DNA of 63,762 nucleotides, filler included, from Saprolegnia diclina VS20 (GCF_000281045.1; 10 parts of 8 records of this genome joined end to end with filler, not necessarily neighbours in it); one strand, 5' to 3'; shown: positions 11,578 to 23,738, numbered from the whole stretch's first letter. Numbers and translations: made by a program. The notes: a model not told the origin generated them from the letters alone.

Positions 11578-12730
11578 TGAAGAAGGAGATAGCTAGTCTC
11601 TATATATTTGTGTAATTATAAAGATAACGCGAAACACATTCGCATATATATACCTGACATGGTACTTGGCTCTGATTAACGCGCGACACTGTCGACAGGA
11701 CGAGGGACGAGGTTCCTGTGTCTAGACCTTTGTGTACAACGATGTGCTAACGACGTACTGCTTCACTCGACACGTGTTCATAGCACATCGGACAACTGAG
11801 TGCCACGGCAAGCCTCTTGCCATGTAAACGCTTGTGTGTTGCCTGTTGCCCTGTGTCAACACACAAAAGAGATACAAATAGGTCAGATCATCAGAGTGGC
11901 AGCAAACTGGTTGGCAAACGCTGCATCCCAACTCGGGACTTGAATTTGCTTGGTGTCCAAAGTCCTCTCGTTGGCTTTCGAGGCACAAGTAAATTCCCAG
12001 TGCCAAACAAGAGAAACAAAACGAAAGTGTTGCGGAGGCTGAGTCACATGCCTTGCACTGATGTCTACCGTAGAAGCTCTGCTTTTCGATTGATAGGATA
12101 CGAAGCATTGACAATGAGATGTCGATCGAGACGATGAAGTTCACTTCACGAGCGAGAATGCACTGACCAGCCGTTCGTGTCGGCGTTCATGATCCTGAAC
12201 TCGCGAGAGCGGTGATCCCATAGTACAAAAGAGGCAGCTCTTAGTAGAAAGACTCGGTCAATGCATATCTTGTGCTGCACTGTGACCGCGAGAAGTCACG
12301 AGCGCCCAGCACTGCGCTCAAGCTGAAGGTTCTGAATCGGACCAACAGATCGTACAGTAGTCTGTCTAAGCTTAGTCGAGAAACGAGCAGACAACGTCGC
12401 CCCAATGCAGTACGCCGTGCAATTGTACCGACTTTCTAGTCGCCCCCCGCTTCGAGTCTTGTGGTGCAGCGACAAAGTCCACTCGCAGGCCAAGCTGTTG
12501 AGAAATCGAGAATTATAAAGCGTAGCTAAACTTTCGAGTCGCGTTCGTTTAATTCCGACTGACTAAACTACCTTCATACATCGTTAGTAGCACTGCAACT
12601 GCGTTCTGGTATGCATTTTTGTCGCTCCCCTAACCACACTAGGCAATGTTTAGACCAGGCTAGCAAAGATAATTTGAATACATAAAAAAACCTTAGATAT
12701 TAACACCATGTACATAATTCCACTAGACCA

Positions 12731-12856
12731 TTATGGCGCTTCCTCGCCTTCCGAGTCGTCACTGTTGCTGTCGCTGACCGGGTCGTCGCTCACAATGTGG
12801 TGGGTGCCGACCGAGATGGGCGCCGCGAGCGCCGCTTCGGCAATGTACTTGCCTGT
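12731..12856 (-). CDS. nadB: 3' end of a second L-aspartate oxidase copy, inverted and truncated by the contig end
   Basis: 12762-12856 is the exact reverse complement of 10898-10992. It then diverges to ...SDSNSDDSEGEEAP* with its own stop at 12731-12733. Confidence 0.8.
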   Translation of the reverse strand, partial: TGKYIAEAALAAPISVGTHHIVSDDPVSDSNSDDSEGEEAP

Positions 12857-12900
12857 NNNNNNNNNNNNNNNNNNNNNNNNNNNNNNNNNNNNNNNNNNNN

Positions 12901-12912
12901 TTAATTAATTAA
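12901..12912. other. Artificial contig-joining linker TTAATTAATTAA flanked by Ns (also at 22311, 23600, 35841, 37713, 40393, 49757, 60746, 62510)
   Basis: The same 12-mer, with stops in all six frames, sits between equal-length N runs nine times. Confidence 0.97.
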
Positions 12913-12956
12913 NNNNNNNNNNNNNNNNNNNNNNNNNNNNNNNNNNNNNNNNNNNN

Positions 12957-13196
12957 TTCAACGTGGTCCGAGAGCACGTGCCGTTCCTCGTGACGCTCTT
13001 CCTGCTCATGATCCCGGCCGAAATGCCCGAATTGCGGAGCCGCGACGACATCAACTACCTCGTCGAAGTGTGTGTGCCCACGCTCTCGACAACGGACGCG
13101 GCCAAGAGCTTTGAAGTCGCGATCGAGTACTGCCTCGGGTCGCGCTTCAAGCGCTGGGACAACACCCTCCACATTGTCGCGCACAAGTACTTGTAA
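12957..13196 (+). CDS. C-terminal fragment of a PI3-kinase paralog (5' part lost at the contig end)
   Basis: FNVVREHVPFLVTLFLLMIPAEMPEL...GSRFKRWDNTLHIVAHKYL* aligns with the C-terminus of the adjacent kinase (FNVVREHVSLLSTLLVLMLPAGMPEL...GSTFKRVDNTIHIIAHKYL*). Confidence 0.85.
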   Translation, partial: FNVVREHVPFLVTLFLLMIPAEMPELRSRDDINYLVEVCVPTLSTTDAAKSFEVAIEYCLGSRFKRWDNTLHIVAHKYL

Positions 13197-13465
13197 TTGA
13201 TACATTTTTGATTTCTCTCGGATCATTCTGCACGCAGCCACCAAAGAGAAACCAAGTCAGCGCGTCATGAGCTCTGACAACACCGTGAACGCTCTGGGTT
13301 GCCCGAGACTGTATGGCTCACGTCCGGCGCCACCTGGACAAGACACGTCGATGCGTCGTGGCAGTGTCGCTGCTACTTGCCCATGATATGCACGAGCGGC
13401 AGCAATGAACAGAGGTAGAGTTATAAACCATCTGATTTTTCTATCATACACGACTGACTCTAGAC

Positions 13466-16400
13466 TTACAGGTACTTGTGGGCGATGATGTGGATGGTGT
13501 TGTCGACGCGCTTGAACGTGCTGCCCATGCAAAAGTGCACCGCGGTCTCAAAGTTGGCGGCGGCCGTCGCATCGTCGACGCCCAGCAAGGCAATTTCAAC
13601 CAGGTGATCCAAATCGCTCACGTCCCGAAGCTCGGGCATGCCGGCCGGAAGCATGAGCACGAGCAGCGTCGATAGCAGTGACACGTGCTCTCGGACCACG
13701 TTGAACGCGTCACCGCACGTCTGCACAAACGGCGAAAACGCATCCGACCCGACGCCGCCGAGCACGTGCCCCATCTCGGGCGTAAACACAAACGGCGTCT
13801 TCTCACGCTTGATGCCAAACTAGAACCACAATTCAGATCCGAAAAGCCGCTCGGTCGTCGCTACCTGGTACTTGAAGTGCCCGAGAAAATGACCAAAGTC
13901 AATGTGAAAGTACCGACCCGCGTGCGTGAGCTAGTAGGGTATGTCAGTCTGACAGATCCTTGGACACGAGATACCATGATGTTGTCGTTGTGCCGGTCGC
14001 CGATCCCGAGGACACACGTCGCGACGCAGTAGCCGGCGCACGACCGGCGAAAGAGGTCGACCGCCAGCGCATAGGCGTCGGGCGTCGGGTGGTGCAGGCG
14101 TAGCCACGACGAGAAGCTCGCGTTGTCGAATGCACCGAGCGTTCCGTTGCGCTGATGGATCGTCGCGGTCGTCTCGGCCTCCAAGACGACCTGCAGCATG
14201 CCGACGCGCTGGCCGGTCGCCACGCATTGGTACGGCTCCATGGCCAAATCCAAGCCGCGCTCGCGCCAGAGCTCGTCCATGACGCGGATCAGCTGCAGTG
14301 TCAAACTGTCCTGACGCACGTCGTCGCCCGACTTGAAGATGACGGTGATCGGGTCGCCGCCAACCTCGGCATTTTCAAATACAAGCCAGAGAGGGAGCTT
14401 GGCCGACGACATGACCTTGAACTTGGACACGATGAGCTTGCCAACGATCACCGAGGCATCGAGCGGCAGCGTTAACGTGCTTGATAGCGTCTCGTTGATC
14501 TCGTCGAGCATCGCTTGCATCGCTTGCTTGATGTCGACCATGGACACGCTCTTCTTCTTGAGCTTCTTGACGTACTGGCTCAGGTTGTCAAAGACGCCGT
14601 TGGTGCCAAAGAGGTGGTGCTGCATGCGGCACTTGTCGCGGATGGGTGGTGCGACGCCGGCCATGTAGGCGTTGAGGAGCGCGGTGTAGCGTTCGCGGTA
14701 GCCAGGATGCGGCGACTCGATTTCAACCTTCAAAAGCCAAAAGAGGGCGACACCGGCGTGCCCGGGGTGCGTCCACGCCTGTGACAGCACGTGCAGCGCG
14801 AGCCCGGACGCCAAGTACGGCTCGCACTTGATGGCCTGCACGAGCTGGGGGAGGAGGCGCACCCACTCTTCCGGTGGCATCAAAGTCAGCTGACTCAGCG
14901 CAAAGTCGCGGACCAGCGCCATTGGAAACGCCGGCGTTAGCAAGCAGAGCCACTGCGCTGCGTGCGCCGGCGCGGCCCAGATCTGAAGGCAAGTGGCGGC
15001 TTCGTCGACGTCGACGGGGCTTGTCCAGTCGGCGCTCCAGAGCACGTGGCGCAGCATATCGAAATGGTTCAAAAACTCATTGCGGTTCGACCACAGAAGC
15101 GCTTTCTGGCTGGACGAGAGCTTGGCGAGCGGATCGCGCGTCAGCAACGCGACGACGTCGTCGAGGACGTCACCTCCGACGCTGCTCGCATTGCTGCTGC
15201 GCGGACTCTCGGCGCCGCCCGACGGACTCGTAATGTACAAGAGCGAGGACGGCTCTGCGTCCGTGTTGGCGGCTGAAATCGCCGTCAGCCAGGCCGTGCG
15301 ATCGGCTTTGGTCGGTGCCGAGAGCACCAGCGCGTGTCCTTGCGCGAGCACTTGAAAGCAAAACGTCGACTGCTCCTTGCGCGTGCCCTTGTTGACGGCA
15401 AACGTCGTGTACGACTCATTCAGCTCGTCCATGAGCGTCACTGACGCCGACGAGACGTCGATGCTGTGCGCAGGCGGGAACGCCGGGTCCTCGGCGTAGC
15501 GCAGCTGGCCGCTTTCGAGCACAAACCATCGCTCAGCCCAGATGCGCCGGCCGACGCCGCGCCCGAGCTTGCGTAGCCACCCGCAGCGCGGCTCGAGGGT
15601 TGTCGACGACGTGCGTCCGTGCTGCTGCTTGAGGAAGATCGATTTTTGCATGAGCTCAAAGTAACACCGGTGGTCCGCGACGCCAAAGCTCATCTGCCCC
15701 CGCAATTTAGCCAAGACGATTCCAGCGGAAGAGGAAGAAACGTACATGCAGCAAGGGCTGAGACGCATCCAAGCATTGCGGGGAGAGCACGTGGCTGTGG
15801 GCGACCATCGCGACGTACTGCGGTCCTTGCCGCAGCTGGCCGTGCAAGTCGAACAGCTGCATGGAAGCGGCAACAATTTGCTCGCGGTCGCTGTCGTCCC
15901 CGAGGCACGTGGCGCGTCCGTTGGCGTCCTTCTTGACACCAGAGAGCGTACAGACGAGCCTACGTGACGCGTCAGAGGGAGGTCCCTTGGTACACTATTT
16001 GTGTCGACCGCGTCTCGCGGGGGAGCTCGTTGATCTTGCGCTTCGACTTCAGCGTCTTCGCATTGGGCCAAACCGCGGTCCACGAGGCCGGACTGGCTTG
16101 CAGCTTCACGGGCGACGTTTCTTGCCACGGTTCGAGGAGCGTCTCGCCAAACCAGAGCTCGACACGCACGACCACGTGCGAATACGTCAGCGGCGCGGCC
16201 TCGAGCCCGAGGTGCGATGGCTGCTTCGCCAACGCGACCAGTGGAATGTTGAGCGCTTCGTGCACCGAGACGCGCACCGACTGGCTCACGCGCCAGCTCT
16301 CAACGAGCGACGGCATGGCCAATGGAAAAGACATGGCTGCATCGAGGCTGCGCGCGGGCCGGGCCATCGCCAGCGGACGTGGGTTTGTTCTCTGCGTCGA

Positions 16401-17549
16401 CATTGCCTTTGGCGGCATTGGCACAAGGATGAGGTACAGGCTGCGCCGGCCCGTCGCCACGAGCGCAGCGATATGCGCAAAGTCGTGCATCTGGTGGGTC
16501 GACGTCCGAGCAAACGCGAGGTGTCCGCCAAAGCGAAGTGCAAAGTGGTGCATCACGTCATCGTCCTCGCGTGTCTCGTCATCGTTCGCTTTATTGCCGG
16601 GCACGGCCCCGAGCTTGGCCCGCGTGAGCGTCAGCACGTCGCCGACCAGCGCGTCGGACGGGAACTCGATGGTTGGCAGCGTCGCGGTCGACCGCCGGCG
16701 AAGCGTCGCGACCTCCTTCGTCTCACCACCGCGCAAGGCCGGGTGCACAGCTGCCGTGGGCACCGATGCCGCCAGCTCGCGCGTCCACTTGGCGTGCGCG
16801 CTCGCGTCGTCCAATACGAGGCTAAACGTCCGAGCCGGCGTCACAAGGTCGATACCAAAGCGCATTTCTACGTCTGGCGGCGGCTGCTTAACAAAGAGCG
16901 ACCGAAGACCGCGGTTGATAGGCCCGGACGCCAGGCGCATACTCGCGGGCTGGAGCGAGGTGACGGCCGAGAGCGGTACCGACCCGCGGTACCCCTTGCT
17001 CTGGTCGTACAAGCCGTGCCGGCCCACTGGCGCGTTGTAGTACGAGAGGTCGCCGTTCTGAAGCACAAAGAATCGCCGCTGGTACGCCTTGTGCGAGTGG
17101 CCTTGCTTCCAGACCCAGCCCGAGAGTGCACTCCCATCGTCATCGTATTCGTCGTTGCCGCGCATCTCGTGGTCCGCCTCGAGAGCGACGGTCGCTTTTA
17201 GCGTGACGGGGTCCGCTTGGTTGGTGCGGGCCTGCGAGAGACTAAGGAACTCGGGCATCGACGCCTCCAGACTCGGCGGCACGAGGACGCTGTCGGCAGC
17301 GCGGAAGAGGTCAATGCTTTCGCGCGAGTGCGTCATGTCGGGACATGGCAGCCAGAGCCCGCTGCCATCGGCGACGAGCGGCTCGCCGACGCACGGGTTG
17401 AGCAGCTCGGGTGGCGGCACGCGCATGCTAAAAACTGGGACGACCGAGACAACTCCAGCTGGCTCAACATTGCGCGAAAAGCTTCGGATTCCGAACAACA
17501 ACTCGCGTCTCTTGAAAACTCGGCTTTTTCCATGCTTTGTACTGTCCAT
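13466..17549 (-). CDS. Class I-like phosphoinositide 3-kinase: PH, C2, second PH, helical and kinase domains; multi-exon
   Basis: Kinase motifs SAKLPLWL, IFKSGDDVRQD, LGIGDRHNDNIM, FHIDFGHFLG and KREKTPFVFTPEM. Helical-domain motifs VRDFAL and LPQLVQAIKCEPY. PH motifs GWVWKQGHSHKAYQRRFFVL and GWLRKLGRGVGRRIWAERWFVL. C2-like KINELPRETR. Confidence 0.9.
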
Positions 17550-17602
17550 TGCCGAGCATTATGTGACATTATTGTACACTAATAAATATAGAAGATTGAC
17601 GC

Positions 17603-18166
17603 TTACGACGCGATCGTCACGGGCGCGTGCGTCGGCAGCGTGAACGTAAGCACAGGCGTCTGCGACCGCGTCGACGGCGGAAAGTGGAAGGTCGAGCTGA
17701 GCGACTTGCGCAAGCTCCGGGACGGCAGCGTAATAAAGTACCGCGACGGCGACCCGAGTGGTTTCAGACTCGTCTTGACGATCGCTTCGAGCGCGGCCCG
17801 CGTCGCTTCGTGCTCGGACGGCGACAGCGAAGCCGGCTCGGCAAAGTACCGGCGCTGCCACGTGAGGATCGCGCGGCCCCAAAGCGACCGCGCTTCGGTC
17901 GTCGCGGCTGTGAGCTCGAGCATCTCGGGCGGCGCCAGCGTGTACGTCCGATCCTTGACGAGCACGCGCTGCGTCTCGATGCGAAACGTGTTTTGCACGT
18001 GGTCGTCGCGGCGGTGCGCCTTGACGCTGACGCGGCAGCCGGAGAGGCGCAGGTCGCCAATGAGCTTGTCGTTCGCATAGTACTTGAGGTAGCCCTCTTC
18101 GAGGCGGAAGAAGCACACGTGCGCCTTCTTGCCAGCGTGGCGGATGAGGAAGCCGTCGTGGACCAT
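17603..18166 (-). CDS. Small PH-domain protein
   Basis: MVHDGFLIRHAGKK...FFRLEEGYLKYY...ELTAATTEARSLWGRAI fits a PH-fold pattern with a terminal Trp helix; coding-like codon bias. Confidence 0.75.
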   Translation of the reverse strand: MVHDGFLIRHAGKKAHVCFFRLEEGYLKYYANDKLIGDLRLSGCRVSVKAHRRDDHVQNTFRIETQRVLVKDRTYTLAPPEMLELTAATTEARSLWGRAILTWQRRYFAEPASLSPSEHEATRAALEAIVKTSLKPLGSPSRYFITLPSRSLRKSLSSTFHFPPSTRSQTPVLTFTLPTHAPVTIAS

Positions 18167-18617
18167 CCTCGTCTCGTGGAGCAAATTCGAAAATGACCAA
18201 AAATCGACGCGTTAAAGCTCGCGCTTGTAACGGATTACTCGCAGCACCACGCGCGTCGGCGACGGACGCCCAGAAGCGACACGAGCATGAGCCCAGTGGA
18301 CGAGCGCATGTAGCTGCAGCGGTGCGTGGCGCGAGGCCCGCGCGTCGGCCAGCGTCGTTGGCTGTGTATAACGTGGCCCGCTTTCTTCGAACTTCGAACA
18401 ACCCACGTGGCAAGCTGCGACAGCATTATGCGAAGTTTCTGCGAAGTTTATGCGACCGAGATGCAACCAAAGAAGCGGCAGCCGAGACCAGAGCCGAGAC
18501 GCAAGCGTGTTCGTGCAAAGCTGCTCGTATTCAGCAGCGCATTCAGCTAAGGTCGCTACTACGAGTACGACTAGGACGACATGCAGCCTCGGTCGCGTTG
18601 ACACTCGTCTCGGCGGT

Positions 18618-21600
18618 CTACGAAGAGAGCCAGTGAGCGCCATGTGGTTGCCGCCCCAGCGTGTGTACATTGTTGTCGTCACCGTCGAGATCGAGTTTCT
18701 CCGCCGCTTTTATCAAGTTGCGATCGTCGTCGGCGTCGTTGACGGCCGACAAGAGCCGCGTGGCCATCGCGCAGTGGGACGCGTTGTCCGGGCACTGGCG
18801 CAAGACAAAGCGGCAGAGTGCGCGGAGGTCATCGACGTCGGCGTCGTCCGCACTACGCACGGGCTCGTCCGTCGAGGATATTTGGTCATCATTGTCTTGG
18901 GGCGTCAAGGACGCTGCCATCGGGAAGAGATCGCCGAGGTCGCAGTCCAAGACGAGGCACTTGAGGAAGAGGTTCCAGTACACGCCGGCGTCGATCGCGA
19001 GCAACGACGCCAGCGATGCACATTGAAACGACTGCAGTCGCGCCTTCATGGTCGTCCACGGCAAAAACACAACCGGCTCGGACGCGACATCGTGCGAAAT
19101 GACACAGAAATGGGGCGCGAGACTACTCCCGCACGTCGGACACCGCACGACGTTGGGCTGCCGCTCGAGCTCGGCGTGCGAGAGGCGGTGGCCGCAGTCG
19201 GTGCAGTCCGAAAGCAGCGTCACGCGGACGTTCTCGCGGTGAAGCCACCCAAACTTGTCGTTGACAAACCGCCGTGGCCGCAGCACCGGCTAGTTACGAC
19301 CATTTCCATCCTGCCCTGTGCGAGTAGGCATTGTACCTCGCCTTGGCTCTTCTCGAGCGCGGGCAACCCCCGAAGGAGCGTCAGAGACACGGGCCGCGGC
19401 GCGTCAAGCAGCACTCGCGCCGCGACACTGAACGGTTCGGTGGTCACGAGCCGTCCGTTCACCGATTCGAGCACGTCTTGTTCGCGGATCTGGCGCGGTC
19501 CACTGCATTCCAGATACATAAGCGTGCGGTCTCGTGCCACACACATACCACTCGTCGAGCCCAGTGACCACCGCGCCCTTGCCGTCGACGTACGGCCCGA
19601 TGCGCACGCCGAGCGTGCCGACGCTAAACGTAGCGTAGATGCGGAAGAGGAGGCTCTCGAGCTCGTGTTCCAAGCAAGTCGCAGCACTTTCCACCGGTGC
19701 CGAGGACGCGCTGGTTGACGGCGCCGTCGACACTTGAGAGAACCACTTGACCGCCTCGTGGACGTCGCCGCGCTTGAGGAACGCATATATCATATGGCTA
19801 AACGGCCGCCAGTACGGCGCCTTGTTGTAGATCGACCCGAGCGGCGGTCCCGGCCCGAGGCACGCGGCAAAGACGTGGCGAATGTCGTGCAAGTGGTGCT
19901 GCGTCTCGCACGCTGCGAATGCGTCAATGAGACGCACATACGCCGCCTAGATGCGCGAGATATAGCAGGCAAACAAAAGAAAGGTGTACTTCGAGCGCGT
20001 CGCTGGTCTTGGCGCGACAGCTTTCTTCAAGCGCAATCGTCGTCTGCGTCACCCGCGACGCACAGGCCGGTGCGCACGACGTGAGCAGCCACGGGCGGTG
20101 GCCTATCGTTCGCTCAGTACATAAGAATGCATTATGACAACGCACCGTCACTGCGAGACGCATTCTGACTCAGCGTCCGGTGCAGCGGCGACGATCGAGT
20201 CGGGCTGCCCAGCGTCTTGGTTCGACGGAAGACAGACTGGACGGCCTTTCCTTTCTCAGACGAGCTCAACCACGTGTCGAGCCAGACGAGGACGGACGCC
20301 CGCGCCTCGGGGGTCTACGTCATGATCGTCACATTTCAACGCTTGTAAAGGTCATACTGTGACGTTGCTGCTGCTTCGACGACCGTTCGGCAGGCTACAT
20401 ATGTCATCGTCCAGGTCGACCTCGGTTGGGGCAGCTAGCCGTATTGGGCAGCGGGGCCCAAAGGCCGCGACGTCGAGGGTCGGAAATGCCACGTGGAACT
20501 GGAGGGTTGAAGCGTCATTTTGGGGCTGCAGCACCGGCGTATCGGGGGCCACCGCAACGTGGAAGTGCGCATTCTCTTGCGCACTCGGCGACAGCAAAGG
20601 GCTCTTGAGGGTCGTCGACTGCTGCGTCTGCAGGAAGAAATGCAGCGCCCGGGACGCCTCGTGTGGCGCCGCCATGCCGTCCAAGAAGGCCTGGAACGCA
20701 TTTGTATCGGCAAGCGCCGTGTAAAACGCCTAGCCTCCGTCGTACGCATCGTCGTCGGTCAGGCGCGGTTGGTTACCTGCTGCGACGCGGGTTTTGTGCT
20801 GATGTACGCGAGCACGTCACCGCGCAAGCAGTGCTCGTGCCCGGCCACGAGGTCGCCAATGAGATGCGTAAAGGACTTGGCCACCTTGCGAATGAGCGCC
20901 GAGGACCCGAGCAGAAACTTCCCGCGCTCGTACATGAGATCGCCCTTGTTGTTGGAGTAGAGTGCCTTCTGAAACGCGATGCGGCGTTCCCAGAGCCGCC
21001 GCGAGAGCTGCGTCGACGTCTTCGTGAGTACCGTCGCGAGCCGGTCCTTCATCGCCACGACCGCGTCGGGCAGTGGCGGCAGCTCGATCGCCGACGTGAC
21101 GCGCCCTTCCGGCAAATCGACGCGCACCACCTACACGAATATTCGATCGAAATGCAAGATACAATCAAACTCAAAATGTACTGTGGGCGGCAAGGCGGCG
21201 CCTTCGAGCTGGAGCGGGTGCGCACCGGCCACAAACGGCACGGGTGCGTCGAGAAGCGTCGCCATGTCGACGCCGGGCGGCACCACCGGAATGAAGACAT
21301 GATCCCACTGCAGTGGGAAGAGCAAGTGCCGCAGCGTCTCGGCCACCGCGGTGACGAAGAGCGTGTCGACGCCCACGAGAAGCACCGCGTGTTCCAGGAG
21401 AAGGTGGCAGAGCACGTCGAGCAGCGTCGTCGGCGTAAGAATCGCAAACGTATACTCGAGAAACTCCATGTCCATCTCGAACGGGACTTCTTGCATCGTG
21501 TAGCGCTTCAAGAGCACGTCCGTCTACATCAACGAGTTCAAAGGGGCGCACGAGAGGACGGAGTACGTACATCGCCAATGCTGGCGACGACGCCCGCCCG

Positions 21601-22213
21601 GCCGCGTACGGGCAGTGGCACTTCGTAAAAGAGGTTGGCCAAGCTCTTCTCGACGCCAACGTAGTCGACTTGCCGCGCCTGGTGTACGCCCAAGATCGCA
21701 AGCTGCTCGAGGTACTTGAGCAACGGACCGCAGAATGGCCTACACACCATGTCCCTGCATGCGTCCGAGGTCATCCAGCGTCGTACCACTGGCTCACAAA
21801 GCAGAGCGACGTGAGCGTGTGCTGCGCTTCGCTCGACGACGCGAGCGCGAAAAAGCAAATGGACGTGCCGTAGAGCGCCGCGCCGGACGCGGTCGTGAGC
21901 ACAAAGGTGTTGTAGACCGGCGGTGGCAGGAGGCCGCCATGCGCCGGCGACGACGTGCACGGAAACATAAACTGCACATGCCATGAGCCAGCATGGCCAG
22001 CGCGCAGGCGATGCCATACCATGAGGATGTTGGGCGGGTACTCGTCCGTCTCGGTCGTCGCCGGGTACTGGAAGGTTAGCGCCTCGTCGCCGGCGCCTTG
22101 GCCATGGCATGAGCAAGCGCTAGCGCAGAGCGCTTCGTACCTGTCTTGGTCGCGACGAAGAAGTACTCGACCAGCTGACGTGGCGCTGCCACCGACGTCG
22201 GGTCCTTTGCCAT
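18618..22213 (-). CDS. DENN-domain Rab GEF, DENND4/CRAG-like, with an inserted PDZ-like domain and C-terminal Cys4 region; multi-exon
   Basis: uDENN: LVEYFFVA and TFVLTTASGAALYGTSICF. DENN core: LLLEHAVLL...LLFPLQWDHVFIPVVP...LLDAPVPFVAG. PDZ-like: GTLGVRIGP...GAVVTG...QIREQDVLESVNG...PRPVSLTLLR. DENND4-like tail: CTDC...CPTC...VVFL...VYWNL. Confidence 0.8.
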
Positions 22214-23738
22214 CGTGCTGCGTCGGTGCGAATTGGATCTTTGGGAAATGTGATGTGGGAAATGTGNNNNNNNNNNNNNNNNNNNNNNNNNNNNNNNNNN
22301 NNNNNNNNNNTTAATTAATTAANNNNNNNNNNNNNNNNNNNNNNNNNNNNNNNNNNNNNNNNNNNNGAAGAGCTGTTCTTCGCGCGCGCGGCGCTTGGCC
22401 TCCTTGTCTTGGATGTGCTGGCTGTTGTAGAGCATGGTGTTTTCGATAATGTCGCGATGCCATTGCGCTCGTCGTAAAAGCACTTTGTCAGGTTTTTCCC
22501 AGTTCCATCTAGCTTTTACCTCGCAGCCTTTACAAGGCGACGTCCGATATCGCTGATGCTCCAGATCTCGGCGTCAACGCTCGTATACGCTCTGCAAGCA
22601 ACCACCAAAGCCAGTCAACTACTAGTATACATCTTGGAGGCAACACAGATCCCATCTTGGCGATAGCCCGTGCGGCTCCGAAACCAAACACGAAACACGC
22701 TAGCTTCAACAATGGCTCATCTAATGTCATCTTTCTCAGCAAACGGTCCCGTGGCGGTGGTAATATGGGTCTCTCAATCGATGAAAAAGGCTCCATCGTT
22801 TGAAATATCCCTGGAGCGTCGAGACTGAAGGGAAAATGGGCGATTCAACGGTGGCTCATCTAGTGTCATCTGTTATCAGAGATTGTTCTCCTGAAGGATG
22901 CTTTTTTCGCTATCGTTGCATGAGGGCCCGAGTGTACACTGTTGTCGTTTGGTGGGTTTGAAATACGAATTGCTCGCCACGTCACCACCTCCTTAGAACG
23001 TCTTTACCAAGCCGTCCATCATGTCACTGGACCCAAAATGTAGCTGATGCTAGGCATACTTTTCAAATCGTAAAGGGTACACGTGGTTCAGACAAGGTGG
23101 CAGTGGTGGTACTAGTACTGCCTAAGCTTAGTAGGATCTTCTGACTCCGAGCAACAGCAGAATCGACAACACAAAACAATGAAGATGTGTCCCTTCGTAT
23201 CTAAACCTATAGTTGTGAGGACATCGATACAATATTGCAATACCAAATCAGCTGGTGTGAAACCTTGTAAACCTTGTGGACTCTGTCTCTGCCAGCACTC
23301 GGTCCATTCTGACAAACGCTTTTGAAGCTGCCACGTCATGGCTGTATGCAACTGTGTAGAGTACGTTGGTGGTACCCCAACAAGTCGTACTCTCTACAGT
23401 GCGGCTGTGCTGGACCAAGAGTGAGTATTGCACAACAGTACTACAACGGAGCGGGTAGTCTCGTTGGCGCCGGCGTCCTCGTATGTCCAGCGTCGGCAAC
23501 TTTCGAATGCGATGCTCGAAATAGTGTATGATTCTCCCTTTCCAGCCAGATGGTTNNNNNNNNNNNNNNNNNNNNNNNNNNNNNNNNNNNNNNNNNNNNT
23601 TAATTAATTAANNNNNNNNNNNNNNNNNNNNNNNNNNNNNNNNNNNNNNNNNNNNTGTTAGTTGGACCTGGACGAGGTCCTCAGCTTGATGGCGCGGGAT
23701 CGACCGCGGTAGCCATGGCGCTGAAAATGCAGTTTTTA

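Noticed and set aside
22367..23535. Short gene start (MLYNSQHIQDKEAKRRAREEQLF, minus strand) and a degenerate ~35-bp repeat at 22705/22844
   Set aside because: Too short or decayed to assign; truncated by linkers.
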